DNA of 64,000 bases from Mobula hypostoma (GCF_963921235.1 NC_086097.1:165480001-165544000), one strand, 5' to 3'. Positions 1 through 12,564 are shown, counted from the first letter of the stretch. Notes: generated from the sequence alone by a model not told the origin. Numbers and translations are program-made.

Positions 1-270
1 CTTGACAGTGTCCGAGATCCCTCTGTTCATCAACACTGTTTAGGGTCTTGTCCTTGACGGTGTCCGAGATCCCTCTGTTCATCAACACTGTTTAGGGTCT
101 TGTCCTTGACAGTGTCCGAGATCCCTCTGTTCATCAACACTGTTTAGGGTCTTGTCCTTGACAGTGTCCGAGATCCCTCTGTTCATCAACACTGTTTAGG
201 GTCTTGTCCTTAACAGTGTCTGAGATCTTTCTGTTCATCAACACTGTTTAGGGTCTTGTTCTTAACAGTG
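1..270. repeat. 52-bp tandem repeat (at least 5 copies) derived from CR1 LINE sequence
   Basis: Unit cttgacagtgtccgagatccctctgttcatcaacactgtttagggtcttgtc starts at 1, 53, 105, 157 and 209, then runs directly into antisense CR1. Confidence 0.95.
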
Positions 271-965
271 TACTGTCTCTTTCTATTTGACCTACCATAG
301 TGCAACATTTCACATATGGCTGGGTTAATCTTCATCTGCCACTTCTCCATCCATATCTGTAACTGATCTATATTCTGCTGCATCCTTTGAGGACTCGATC
401 CACAATACCACCAATCTTTGTATTATCTGCAAACTTACCATCTAAATTTTCATCCAGGTCATTTATATAGTACATTACAAACAGCAGAGGCCGCAGTACA
501 GTTAACTACAGAACACCACCTAATCAGACCTCCAGCTAGAACAAGTCCCTTTGACCACTACCCTGTCTTCTAGGGGCAAGCCTTGTCTTCTATGGGCAAG
601 CCAGTTCTGAATCCAAATGGCCAATTCACCATGGATCCCATTCATCTTAACCTTCTGGATGAACCTCCCCGAGGGACCTTGTCAAAGCTTACTAAAATCC
701 ATGTACGTAACATCCACAGTTCAACCTTCATCAATTACCCTTGTCACCTCATAAAAAATATCAATCAAGTTAGTAAGACACAACTTGCCCTGCACAATGC
801 CATACTGGCTCTCCCTAATTAATGCTATAGCTTTCCTATCCCTAAGAATTCTCCCCAGTAACTTCCCTACAACTGACATGAGACTCACCGGTCTATAGTT
901 TCCAGGATTATCCCTGGTTCCCTCCCTGAATAATGGAACAAGATTAGCTACCCAGAAGTCCTCTG
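261..965 (-). mobile_element. Degenerate CR1 LINE RT fragment
   Basis: Collinear with the better-preserved CR1 copy at 15.4-16.3 kb (accttgtcaaa...cttact.aa.tccat, tctgcaaactta). Confidence 0.8.
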
Positions 966-1330
966 GGAGGATTTGAAGCAGTCATGATTTTTGAAATCTG
1001 AAGATGAGTCCAAAGCTTTTGGAGGTTGGGGTGGGACCGGTTGGTGGTTCAAACACTAGTGGCAGGGACCAACTACCATGACTAAAGGATTCCACCAAAT
1101 GTGGAGTTGATGACTGGAGTATTTATTTGCTAAAATAGTATTTATATAAAATGAAACAATGTGCCAGCCATTTACCATAGAAGAGCAGTTGTGTAAAACT
1201 TGCATTAGCATTTCTTAGGAGTGGTAATTCATTATTCTTCAACATTTGTCAAAAATAAAACAGAACCTACAGGAACACACAAAGGGCTAGAAAGTCACGA
1301 GTGATTCTGTGGATGTTACAAAGCTTTGAG

Positions 1331-1460
1331 CAACACACATAAAATGCTGGAGGAACTCAGTGGGTTAGGCAGCATCTGGGGGGGGGATGCAGAGTGAATA
1401 TTTTGGGGTGAGACCCTCCATCAGGATGCTGCCTGACCTGTTGAGATCCTCCAGCATTTA
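1331..1460. mobile_element. PLE terminus in inverted (hairpin) arrangement
   Basis: aaatgctggaggaactcag...ggcagcatc pairs with gatgctgcc...tcctccagcattt. Same family as 4993-5245. Confidence 0.75.
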
Positions 1461-3269
1461 AAACGTATTGACAAAGATAATGTGTGTGGCATATATTTGA
1501 GGCATGTTGCTCAGCAACCTAGAAATTTAAATCTTGGCATTCCTAAACCAGATGAAGGTGAGATTAGATTTATATTAAATAGCCCACTGACACTCACTGT
1601 TTATTTGTTTATGATCAGTGGTCAGTGCTGATGCCTTCAGGAAAAGTGCAGACAAAAAAGAAAGGAAAATGTAGAACAATTCATTCATCATAATCATCCC
1701 TGAAGGTGTCCTGTCTTAAGCTAATGAAACATATCACCAAGAGAAGATGGAGTTTATAGGTCATTAGGCGGAGGTGGGGGAGTGCACGGGGAAATTAAAC
1801 AATTAATGGAGTAACAAACAATCTGCTGGAAAAACTTAATGGCTCGAGCAGCATTTGTGAGAGGAAGGAATTGTTGACATGAAAGATAGAGAATCTGTTG
1901 GGTTTTTAGACCAATTGTTGCTAGGGTTATTTCTTTCTCTGCTAATCTAGAAGCTATCAAGTTAGTTTAATTTAAAATCTGCTGTGGTGGGATTTTAGCT
2001 TGCTAAAATTACTATGTTCACCCTTCATTAAGAGAAACCAGCAGAGGCAATAAATGAACACTACACTTTTTTAATGTTCAAACAAGTTGATCTTAAAAAA
2101 AACTTTAAATGGTATAGATGTTAAATGTAATATAGAAGTTCACATTTTTTGTTGTGTATATTAACACCAGTGAAAAATAGACACCCTTTAGAGAAGTCAC
2201 TATAAACCAGATAAGTCATTCTGCTGTACAAATGTGGTTTGAACTGAATTGAATTGACTTTATTACTTACATTGTTCATATACATGAAGAGTAAAAATCT
2301 TTACGTTACGTCTCTGTAATGTGCAATTTATAGTAGTTTATAATAAATATAATGTACAACAGGATAGTCAATATAATATAGAAATACAGTTGCATCAGCA
2401 TGAATTAAGCAGTCTGATGGCCTGGATGAAAGAAGTTGTCCTGGAGCCTGTTGGTCCTGGCTTTTATGCTGTGGTACCGTTTCCCAGATGGTAGCAGCTT
2501 AATCTGTTGATCTGAGAGTGAAGTATATCATCTGAGTTAATCCACAATTACTACACCACTTAGTACTCTCAGAATAGGCATCTGGAAGTGAAATTCTTTT
2601 CTAGACACAGAGAAAAATATCTTTGCCTTTTGCCAGAACCCAAAATACATGCAAATTTAAAAAGAGAAAAGTAGACATTGTATGACAATTCTCAATACAA
2701 ACCTACGGGTCATGTAAGATCTCTCAGTTGTCCAGATGGTATGTGTCAATTCTGTGCCATGTCTAATATTCTCTGCTGATGCTTTCAATGAAAGGGATCA
2801 TTCTTCGGCAGCCCTTATACTGAGGATGGAAACTCACAGTGACTGAGAACTGGATTATTTCACAAAATGTGGACTGCTCTATCTATAATCCCCCAAAGGA
2901 AAACAAAGGGCATTTGTGTAGATTTTTCTCTACAAGTAAAAATCTGCACAATGACCTCTTTGAAAAGAATGTCTGTGAGAGCAATTGCATATCATGTAAT
3001 TTAACATTGCAAAGGCAGGATGCCAGACTGCAGTAGAACACTGATCTAAGATTTTTTAATATACTGGATACTAACATGAGAACTTATTTATGTACATGAG
3101 ATCTCTTCCAAAATTATTTTCTTTTTTTTGTCAATGCTACTTTGAAAACATTGAGTCTATAAGATACACTCAACTAGTCTTATGATGCTAATTAAACAAG
3201 AGAGAATTAACCTATGAGAACTAATAGGTTAAAATAACTATTGGGAACAAGTTTCACCTTGCACCAGCC

Positions 3270-3652
3270 TCTGATTCCCTGGCGCCCACTGCTCCTTCTT
3301 TACTATGGATGTCCTGACCCTCCACCAGTTCCCCTACACCAACACTTTCATCTGCCCAGTAAAATTTGAACAGCTTCTATTTTAATTCTCACTTCCTGTG
3401 AATCAAAGGTATAGCTGTGGCCCTGGCTATGTGGAACAGTCCTAGATCCAAACCTCTACTGGTATCATTGCCCCACCTTTTCTCCATTATATCAACAACT
3501 GCACTTGTGATGCTTCCTGCAGTTTTATCATCTTCATTACTAACATCCAATCCACTCTCAATTTCACCTGGTACATTTCTGACACTTCTCCCCCTTTTCT
3601 TGATGTCTCTGTTCCCACCTCAGGAGATAAAATGTCACTATAAGATCACTTA
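3270..3652 (+). mobile_element. Degenerate PLE reverse-transcriptase fragment (resumes ~4068-4100)
   Basis: Decayed motifs FTMDV, IKG.A, GYVEQS and FTW.ISDTS.PFLD.SV, then YK.T.SHSY after the SINE insertion. Confidence 0.6.
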
Positions 3653-3769
3653 TACTATAAGATTTACTATAGTATAAATCTATAGTATACTATAATAATA
3701 GTATAGATTTATAGTATAGTAATAGTATACTATACTATAATTTACTATACTATAACATTTACTAATAAA

Positions 3770-4063
3770 GGCATCCATTAGTCTTGTGAGACCATGGATC
3801 TGCGCCTGGAAAGTCTTCACCTGGGCAAGGTTGTATGGAAGACCAGCAGTTGCCCATGCTGCAAGTCTTCCCTCTCCACGACACCAATGTTGTCCAAGGG
3901 AAGGGCATTAGGACCCATACAGCTTGGCACCAGTGTCATCGCAGAGCAATGTGTGATTAAGTGCCTTGCTCAAGGACACAACACGTTCCCTCGGCTGGGG
4001 CTCAAACTCACGACCTTCAGGTAGCTACTCCAATACCTTAACTATTTGGCCACATGCCCACAC
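3770..4063 (-). mobile_element. tRNA-derived SINE with CORE-like central domain
   Basis: Minus strand has A-box-like tggccaaatagttaagg, B-box-like gagtttgagcccc and gtgtccttgagcaaggcacttaa. Near-identical to 9083-9385. Confidence 0.85.
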
Positions 4064-4992
4064 ATTTACTATAAGATCACTTACTCCCACAGCTACTGTC
4101 TCCAGTAAGTATAGATGGTAGTCCACTATCAGCACTTGGTGTCTTTGCTGATTTTGTTCATTTACAGTCAATCAGAAAAACGGCAGTGTTCACTGAATAA
4201 ATTCCTCCCTCAATATCTATTAGGAACTAAAAACACATTTTTATAGTAGTTATAATTTGTTCTGTATTTCATGTAAATACATTATTTGTTACTCAGTTAA
4301 ATGGTAATTTGTCCTTTTATACCTTTTTAACTATTATCATGAAACTTTGGCTAATTAGGGCAGCCAATTGGATATGTGACCACTGACACCATGCAGACAA
4401 TATCTGAAGAGTATTGATAATGACTGGGGTCACCCGTCTTGTAAAGACACTGCCCAGAAGAAGGCAATGGCAAACCACTTCTGTAGAAAAACTTGCCAAG
4501 AACAATCATGGCCAAGACCATGATCACCCACATCATATGACATAGCACATAATGACTGAATGAATGAATTCTAACGTACAGCTGCCGCAAAACAACAATT
4601 ATCATGACATATGCCAGTGATGTTAAATGTGATTCTGATTCTGCATCAGGCAAGAGGTACCTAAAGTCCCACACTACCAGGTTCAGGAACTTCCCTTCAA
4701 CCACTCGGTTCTTGGATCATCCGGCACAAGCCTAGTCACTAAGAATATAACATCACTATGACAACTGATCATTTTGCACTAAAATGGATCATCTTTGTTC
4801 TAATTGTGTATAATGTATGCTGATTGTTTATTTTTGATTTATTGTTTAATATTGAATGTTTAATTTGTGAATGCTGCTTATCTGACCTATGCACCTGTGA
4901 AGCTGCTGTAGATAAGTTTTTCATTGTACATGTACATACATATAATAAACTTGATTTTGACTGGACTTGACCTTGTGATCTGACCTATCAAG

Positions 4993-5245
4993 CAACATGC
5001 ACAAATTGCTGGAGGAACTCAGCAGGCCGGGCAGCACTTATAGAAAAGAGTACAATCGACATTTCGGGCTGAGACCCTTCATCAAGACTGGGAGTGGATA
5101 GGTTAGGGTGATGAAATGCTGATGAAGGGTCTCGGCCTGAAACATCAACTGTACTCATTTCCATAGATGCTGCCTGGCCTGCTGAGTTCCTTCATCAATT
5201 TGTGTGTGTTCCTTGGATTTCCAGCATCTGTGGATTTTCTCTTGT
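4993..5245. mobile_element. PLE terminus with inverted partial repeat and hammerhead motifs in both orientations
   Basis: 4993-5090 is the reverse complement of 5118-5210. ctgatga-agggtctcggcct-gaaa-catc starts at 5119. Flanked by imperfect direct repeats ttgtgatctgacctatcaag (4973-4992) and ttgtgatccaacttatcaag (5246-5265). Confidence 0.8.
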
Positions 5246-5849
5246 TTGTGATCCAACTTATCAAGTTGTTTTGTCCTGTGGTGATTACTCAGCTCATGGC
5301 TATTCTGAAAAGCTCTGAGAAGAGAATCCAACCAGACGTATTACAACCTTATGAATTTAACAGTGTTCACATTATTTTTACATAATGCACATTTCCAGCA
5401 TTTTTGTTTTAATTTGGGATTTCCGATATCCACAATTTTTCAGTTGATCTTACTACTCCCATTTACACCTTTAGATTATTCCCTGTTGCTCCATGATCTC
5501 TTGAGTCAGTTAATCTCATAGGGACAATACAGCATTGAAACAGGCCCTTTGGTCCATCAATTATCCATATATCATGTCTTTTACTCTTAACAGTCCTTCT
5601 TCCATGTTTGTTCATCTTCTTCATCTCTGTTTTCTGTATATCCTGATTCTACAACCAGCTGCGAACATTAATTAATATTTACGCTAACAATTAAAATTGC
5701 CAACTGGCATGTGTTTGGGATGCTTCATTGAGATAGGAAGTAGGCGGACTAGGCCACCTTGCCTCTCAAGCTTGCACCACTGTTTAATAAGATCATGGCT
5801 TCTTTGATTCTCACCTCATCTCTGCAACCCCACCTAGCCCTGGTAACAT

Positions 5850-6310
5850 TCTAGAGCATTTTGACTGGTTGCATTAAATTCTGTTGTGAAGGTGACAATG
5901 CACTGGATCGGAAAAAGCTGCAGAGGATTGTAAACTCATTCAGCTCTATCAAGGGCACTAGACTCCCCACCACCAGGATATCTTCAATAGTTGATACCTC
6001 AAGAAAGCAGCAACCATCATTAAGGACTCTCACAATCTAAGACATGCACTTTTCTCATTGCTACATCAGAGAGGAGATTCAGGAACCTGAAAACACACAC
6101 TCAATGTTTTATGAACATTTTCTTCCCCTCCACAATCAGATTTCTGACTGGATCATGAACCCATGTACAATAACTCAATTATTACTCTCTTTTGGAACTA
6201 CTTATTTAATTTTTATATTTCTTATAACTTACAGTATTTTTATGTTTTGTGCTGCCACAAAACAACATAATTCACAAACTTCAGTGATAATAAACCTGAT
6301 TTTGATTCTA
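5850..6310 (+). mobile_element. Rex1/Babar-type LINE 3' fragment
   Basis: Matches the 3' end of the Rex element at 23080-23610 (agcattttgactgg..., aaagcagcaaccatcattaaggac, ataaacctgattttgattct tail). Confidence 0.75.
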
Positions 6311-7105
6311 ACTTTTTACACTGTTTGGATACCAAGAATAGTCAAAGACTCTCCTAAAACCCTTTGAGGAAATGTTCTAAATACTCATGATATGTTGGCT
6401 GTATTTTGTAACCTTGGTTCTGGAGTAGAAGTGAAGTATATTGAATACCTCCCCATTTCTCCTGTAGATTAACTCTATTCCAGTAAGAACCTTTTTGGAA
6501 GTGAACTGCAGCGAGATTGATTGAGAAGACTGTTGGGATAATGAAACGGCTTTATTCAACAGCAATATGCACTGGGATTGATCTGTCACGGATCTCTTGG
6601 CTAATATCACAGCTTGTATGTCATCATTTAGCAAAAGTAGAATGAAGATGAATTTCTGCAGGCATGCAAGTTGAGTACTATACTCTAAGTATGAGGTGTG
6701 CTTAACTGATAGTCTTTTGTGAGGTTGTGAAAGGCCGGACACTGTCATTAATATTACTCTCTCTGTTTCTCTCAGAATTGATGTGGATGCTATCTTTTTG
6801 CTTCTAGACGGAGAAAAGTCACACAGATATTTAGGAAGCATGTCTCTGGACACTTGGAAATTGCAGTTGAAGAAGACATAATTAATTTCCCTGTGGCAGA
6901 GAGCAAAGAGACCACTGTGAACTTGTAATTGAAGTTTCTTCTCTTCCTCATCGTAGAAATGCAACATCATCGTCACTGCTCCCAAGACCTTGTTCTTCCT
7001 CAGTTGTAGCATGATTTTTTCCACTTCTTAGGCTTCAGTGTATGTTGAATAGTTGACCATGGAATGCAGTCAAGGACAGTCATGTCAAAGACTGTGCAAC
7101 TTTTA

Positions 7106-9775
7106 GGGTATCCTGCACAAGGACTCCCAAGTCCCTATGTATCTCTGCGTTTTGAATTCTCTCTCCATCTAAATAATAGTCTGCTTATTTATTTCTTCCA
7201 CTAAAGTGCATGACTATACACTTTCCAACATTGTGTTTCATTTGCCACTTCTTTGCCCATTCCCCTAAACTATCTAAGTTTATCTGCAGGCTCTCTGTTT
7301 CCTCAACACTACCTGCTCCTCCACCTATCTTTGTATCATCGGCAAGTTTAGCCGTAAATCCATTAATCCCATAGTCCAAATTATCGACATACAATGTAAA
7401 AAGCAGCGGTCCCAACACCCAACCCTGTGGAACTCCACTGGTAACCAGCAGCCAGCCAGAATAGGATCCCTTTATTCCCACTCTCTGTTTTCTGCCGATC
7501 AGCCAATGCTCCACCCATGCTAGTAATTTCCCTGTAATTCCCTGGGCTCTCATCTTGCTAAGCAGCCTCATGTACAGCACCTTGTCAAAGGCCTTCTGGA
7601 AATCCAAGTACACCACATCTGCTACACTTCCTTTGTCTACCCTGCTTGTAATTTCCTCAAAACATTGCAGTAAGTTAGTCAAGCAGGATTTTACTTTCAG
7701 GAAACCATGCTGGCTTTGGCCTATCTTGTCATGTGCCTCCAAGTATTCCATAATCTCATCCCTAACAATCGATTCCAACAACTTCCCAACCACTGATGTC
7801 AGGCTAACAGGTCTATAGTTTCCCTTCTGCTATCTCCCACCCTTCTTAAATAGCGGAGTAACATTTGCAATTTTCCATTCATCCGGTACAATGCCAGGAT
7901 CTATTGTTTCTTGAAAGATCATTGTTAATGCCTCCACAATCTCTCCAGCTACTTCCCTCAGAACCCAAGGGTGCATTCCATCAGATCCAGGAGATTTATC
8001 CACCCTCAGATCATTAAGCTTCCTGAGCACCTTCTCAGTTGTAATTTTCACTGCACATGCTTCACTTCCCTGACTTTCTTGAATATCCGGTATACTGCAG
8101 ATGTCTTCCACTGTGAAGACTGATGCAAAATATGCATTTAGTTCCTCTGCTTTCTCTGCGTCTCTCATTACAGTATCTCCAGCATTATCTTCTATTGGTC
8201 CTATATGTACCTTCAACTCTCTTTTACCCTTTATATACTTAAAAAAGCTTTTAGTATCTTCTTTGACATTAGTCACCAGCTTCCTTTCATAATTCATCTT
8301 TTCCTTACTAATGATATTCTTAGTTTCCTTCTGCAAATTTTTAAAAGCTTCCCAATTGTCTATCTTCCCACTAGCTTTGGCTTCCTTGTATGCCCTCTCT
8401 TTTGCTTTTACTTTGGCTCTGACTTCACTTGTCAGCACGGTAGTGTCCTTCTTCCATTTGAAATTTTTTTCTTATTTGGAATATATCCGTCTTGTACTTC
8501 CCTCACTTTTCGCAGAAAGTCCAGCCATTGCTGCTCTGCTGTCCTTCCTGCTAGTGTCCCTTTCCAGTCAACCTTGGTCAGTTCCCCTCTCATGCCATTG
8601 TAATTTCCTTTGTTCCACTGAAATATTGACAGATTGGAATTTAGTTTCTCCTTCTCAAATTTCAAAGTGAACTCAATCATATTGTGATCACTGTTCCATA
8701 AGGGTTCCTTAACCTTAAGCTCTCTTATCACCTCCAGATCATTGCACAACACCCAATCCAGTACAGCCCTGGTGGGCTCAACAACAAGCTGTTTTAAAAA
8801 GCCACCCCTTAAACATTTTACGAATTATCTCTCTTGAGGTCCAGTACTGGCCTGGTTTTCCCAATCCACTTTCATGTTAAAATCCTCAATGATTATCATA
8901 ACATTGCCCTTCTGAAATGCCTTTTCTATCCCCTGTTGTAATTTGTAATCAATATCCTAGCTACTAGTATGGAGGTCTGTATACAACTGCCATTAGGGTT
9001 CTTTTACCCTTGCCATTTCTTAACTCAACCCATAGAGACTCTACACCTTCTGATCCTATGTCATCCCTTTCTAATGATTTAAAATAGGCATCTGTTAGTC
9101 TCGTGAGACCATGGATTTGCGCCTTGGAAGGTTTCCCGGGTGCAGGCCTGGGCAAGGTTGTATGGAAGACCGGCATTTGCTCATGCTGCAAGTCTCCCCC
9201 TCCATGCCACCGATGTTGTCCAAGGGACGGACACCAGGACCGATACAGCTTGGCACCAGTGTTGTTGTAGAGTAATGTGTGGTTAAGTGCCTTGCTCAAG
9301 GACACAACACGCTGTCTCAGCTGAGGCTCGAACGAGCGACCTTCAGATCACTAGACCGATGCCTTAACCACTTGGCTGTGCGCCACTAATGATTTAATAT
9401 TATTTCTTATACACAGGGCCATACCACCCCCTCTGCCTGTTAACCTGTCTTTTCCATACACCGTATATTCTTGGACATTCAGCTCCTAATGGCAGCCATC
9501 GTTTAGCCAAATTTTAGAGATGGCCACAATGTCATACTTGCCAATCCGTAGCTGAATTTCAAGATCGTCCATTTTATTTCTTATGCTGCGTGCATTCAAA
9601 TATAACACTTACAGTCCAGTATTTGTTGCTTTCTGTTTTAACTGCACCATGCCTCTATTGACCTGTAAATCATCCCACTGGCTATGATTATGCCTCATCT
9701 CCCGCCTATCCTTTCTATAATCTCTGTTACATGCTATCTTTGATTTACTTCTGTTTCTCCCTCCCTCAGCCCTAT
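7106..9775 (-). mobile_element. CR1 LINE ORF2 (endonuclease plus RT), disrupted
   Basis: ORFs carry ESLWVELRN..VVYRPP, SDHNMIEF, KSPG.DGMHP, SQHGFLK..SCLTNL, YLDFQKAFDKV, SGVPQG and LADDTK. Confidence 0.95.
9083..9385 (-). mobile_element. tRNA-derived SINE inserted in CR1
   Basis: TSD ctaatgatttaa at 9071-9082 and 9386-9397. A box tggttaagg and B box gttcgagcc on the minus strand. Confidence 0.9.
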
Positions 9776-10089
9776 GTATTAAGGCAATGGGTGGGGGGAA
9801 GGGCTGTGAGATTAGTGCAGGAAAATGGCACAAAGGTAAAGCATCAGCTATAAATTTATTGAACGGTGGAGCAAATATGCAAAGTCTTGACTTGAAATGC
9901 CAGCCATCCTTCTGCCTATGCAGATTCTGAGTGACTCATTAAGTACCTGCAGCAGTTTGTTTTTTGCCTAAGATACCCAATTCTTGTGTGTGGCGAGGAA
10001 ACTTGGTTCTGCTTCCATTTCTTCTGCACTTATGTTTAAAGTGTTTCTTCTAGTAAAGCTTGATTGCCTCTCTGCTCCATTGAGTAGAG

Positions 10090-10780
10090 TCTCATTATAG
10101 CCTTGCACTTTGCCTGTTCGTACTGTATTTTCTCTGTAACCGTAACATTATATTCTGCATTTTGTTATCACTGTCCCTTGTTCTACCTCAATGTGGTGAA
10201 ATAATCTGTATGAATGGCTTGCAAAGCAACGTTTTTCACTGTACCTTGGTATATGTGAGAATAATAAAACAATTACCTCTTGTCATGAAGAAGGCACGCC
10301 ACGGCTTTACTTCATTAGGAGTTTGAGGAAATCTCAAAGACTCACAAATTTCTAGATGCACAAAGCATTCTGGCTGGTGGCAGAATAGCCTAGAATGGAG
10401 GCTCCAATATACATGATTGAAAGAGGCTGCTGAGGGTCGTGGACTCGGACAGCTCTATCAGGGCACAACCCTCCCCACCATCGGAGATCTCAGGAGGACG
10501 CCTTCCATCATTAAGGATCCTCACAACCTGCAACATGCCCTCTGCTCATTACTATCAACACAAAGGAGGTACACCCACATTTATGTTTAAGGAGCAGTTT
10601 CTTCCCTTGGCCATCAGATTTGTGAACGGTCCGTGAACCTATGAGTGCTATCTCGCTATTCTTCTTTTGCATTATTTATTTTGTAATTGATAGTAATTTT
10701 AATGTGAAGAAATACTGTATACTATTCCGAGAGCAACGTATTTCATGAAATACATTGGTTCATGGTAATAAACCTGAACC
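10090..10780 (+). mobile_element. Rex1-type LINE 3' fragments
   Basis: tacttcattaggagtttgagga, tccatcattaaggatcctca and the ataaacctga tail are shared with 22980-23610. Confidence 0.7.
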
Positions 10781-10859
10781 AGTCGGGTAGCAGGGTGGAA
10801 CTCGCATTGTTTTGGGCAATGATCTGATATTTACGGAGAAAGTGTTACTATCCACCCAC

Positions 10860-11345
10860 ACAGGGTGGAAACCCCCCGCAGCACAGCGCCGACGCGCGCG
10901 AGCGCCTCTCCCGTGGGGCGTCGGGCTGCCGCACCTGCGCGCTGACTCCGAGTGCGCGAAGCCCCGCCTCCCGCCGGGCCCAAGCCGCCGCAAAGTGGAC
11001 GAGGCGGGTGGTGGATCGGCTCCGCGGGAGATGGGCGACGCAGCCCCCAGGAAGGGGTTGCTATAAATTAGGTGAGGCGCCGGGGTTAAATGTCTGGGGA
11101 GGGGAAAGAATGAGATAAAATAGAATGGCGCGGTGATCTCCTGTGCGGAGCACAGGATGAGGCCTGGCGGGGAGGGTCGCACGGACACCGGCCCCGTTTT
11201 CACGAAGAGCAGCTGGGTGGGGGAGTCGGGAAGAGCCCTTGTACGGACGCTACCAGCAGCATGGCGGCAGCTGGATTTCGCCCTCACACGCCCCGGCACA
11301 GCTTCACATCACATCACTAAACAATTCGAATTGAGTCGCTTGGCT
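10860..11345 (+). promoter_or_regulatory. CpG island, probable RALBP1 promoter and non-coding exon 1 (donor after 11071)
   Basis: Abrupt CpG/GC-rich unique sequence in an otherwise CpG-poor window. GC boxes (ccccgcctccc, gaggcggg) and a consensus donor ttag|gtgagg at 11072. The TSS cannot be determined from sequence. Confidence 0.75.
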
Positions 11346-11424
11346 CCGTGTAGCTTCTTCACCATTATACCCCCAATGTCCCGTTAAAGATCACTTCCAT
11401 CATCATCCTTCCCAGCCACGAGAT

Positions 11425-12330
11425 GTGCCGTCCCCCTCCCTCCGCGCGAACCCCCCCCGGTCCCTCCTCCCTCCACGCGACCCCCCCGTCCCCCCTCCCT
11501 CCGCGCGAACCCCCCCCCGGTCCTTCCTCCCTCCGCGCGACCCCCCCCGTCCCCCCTCCCTCCGCGCGACCCCCCCCGTCCCCCCTCCCTCCGCGCGACC
11601 CCCCCCGTCCCCCCTCCCTCCGCGCGACCCCCCCCGTCCCCCCTCCCTCCGCGCGAACCCCCCCCGTCCCCCCTCCCTCCGCGCGAACCCCCCCCGGTCC
11701 CCCCTCCCTCCGCGCGAACCCTCCGCGCGAACCCCCCCCGGTCCCCCCTCCCTCCGCGCGAACCCCCCCCGGTCCCCCCTCCCTCCGCGCGAACCCCCCC
11801 CGGTCCCCCCTCCCTCCGCGCGAACCCCCGTCCCCCCCGCGCGACCCTCTCCCCGGTCCCCCCCTCCCTCCGCGCGACCCTCTCCCCGGTCCCCCCCTCC
11901 CTCCGCGCGACCCTCTCCCCGGTCCCCCCCTCCTTCCGCGCGACCCCCCCGGTCCCCCCTCCCTCCGCGCGACCCCCCCGGTTCCCCCTCCCTCTACACG
12001 ACACCCCCATTCCCCTCCCTGTGTGCGACCCTCCCCCATCCCTCTCCCTCTGTGCGACACCCCTCTTTCCACTGGCCCTCCCTCACTCTGCGCGTCGTTC
12101 CTCCCCGCCCCCGTTCCCACTCCCTCCATGTGACCCTGCTGGTCCCCCCTCCTGCGCAACCCCTTTCCACACTGCTCCCCCTTCCCCTGCACAACCCCAC
12201 ACAGGTCCCCATTCTCTCCATGTGACCCCCACCATACCCCTATAAGCAAACCCACCCCGGTCTGTCCTCCCTCTGTGTAACCCCCCCCTGCACGACCCCC
12301 CTGGTCCCCCTGCTTCTGCACGATCCCCTA
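11425..12330. repeat. GC-rich minisatellite, ~27-31 bp unit (cccccccggtcccccctccctccgcgcga)
   Basis: About 20 near-identical units to ~11990, then degenerate units to ~12330. Confidence 0.95.
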
Positions 12331-12564
12331 GTTACCCTTGAGAAGGTGCTGGTGAATTTCTGCCTTCAACCTGTATTGTCCATCTGGGAAAGGTACACTT
12401 GTCTAAGGAATTCCAGGATTTAGAATGAGCAGCTGTTAAGGAATTTAATCTTTTATCACACAGTTTTGTTAAAAGGCCTTCAAGATATATTGTGAGTTTG
12501 GAACAACCTGCCAGGGAGTGCAGTTTATAGCAAATTGGCAAACATTGGCAGTGGATTAATTAAC

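Noticed and set aside
1..270. CRISPR-like regular repeat
   Set aside because: Units are head-to-tail with no unique spacers, the context is eukaryotic, and the unit derives from CR1.
6510..6560. Plus-strand IEKTVGIMKR resembling a Harbinger transposase motif
   Set aside because: The similarity does not extend on either side and no TIRs were seen.
9310..9385. tRNA gene (also ~3990-4063)
   Set aside because: These are tRNA-like heads of a SINE, continuous with the SINE body and bounded by TSDs.
1..10800. Exons of the usual upstream neighbour TWSG1
   Set aside because: No recognisable TWSG1 coding sequence was found.
10760..11387. ORFs over the CpG island
   Set aside because: Stop-poor GC-rich sequence with no recognisable protein. 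Only the short uORF is retained as a finding.
11365..12321. Long Gly/Arg- and Pro-rich ORFs on both strands
   Set aside because: They are translations of the GC-rich minisatellite, which lacks stop codons, and are not genes.
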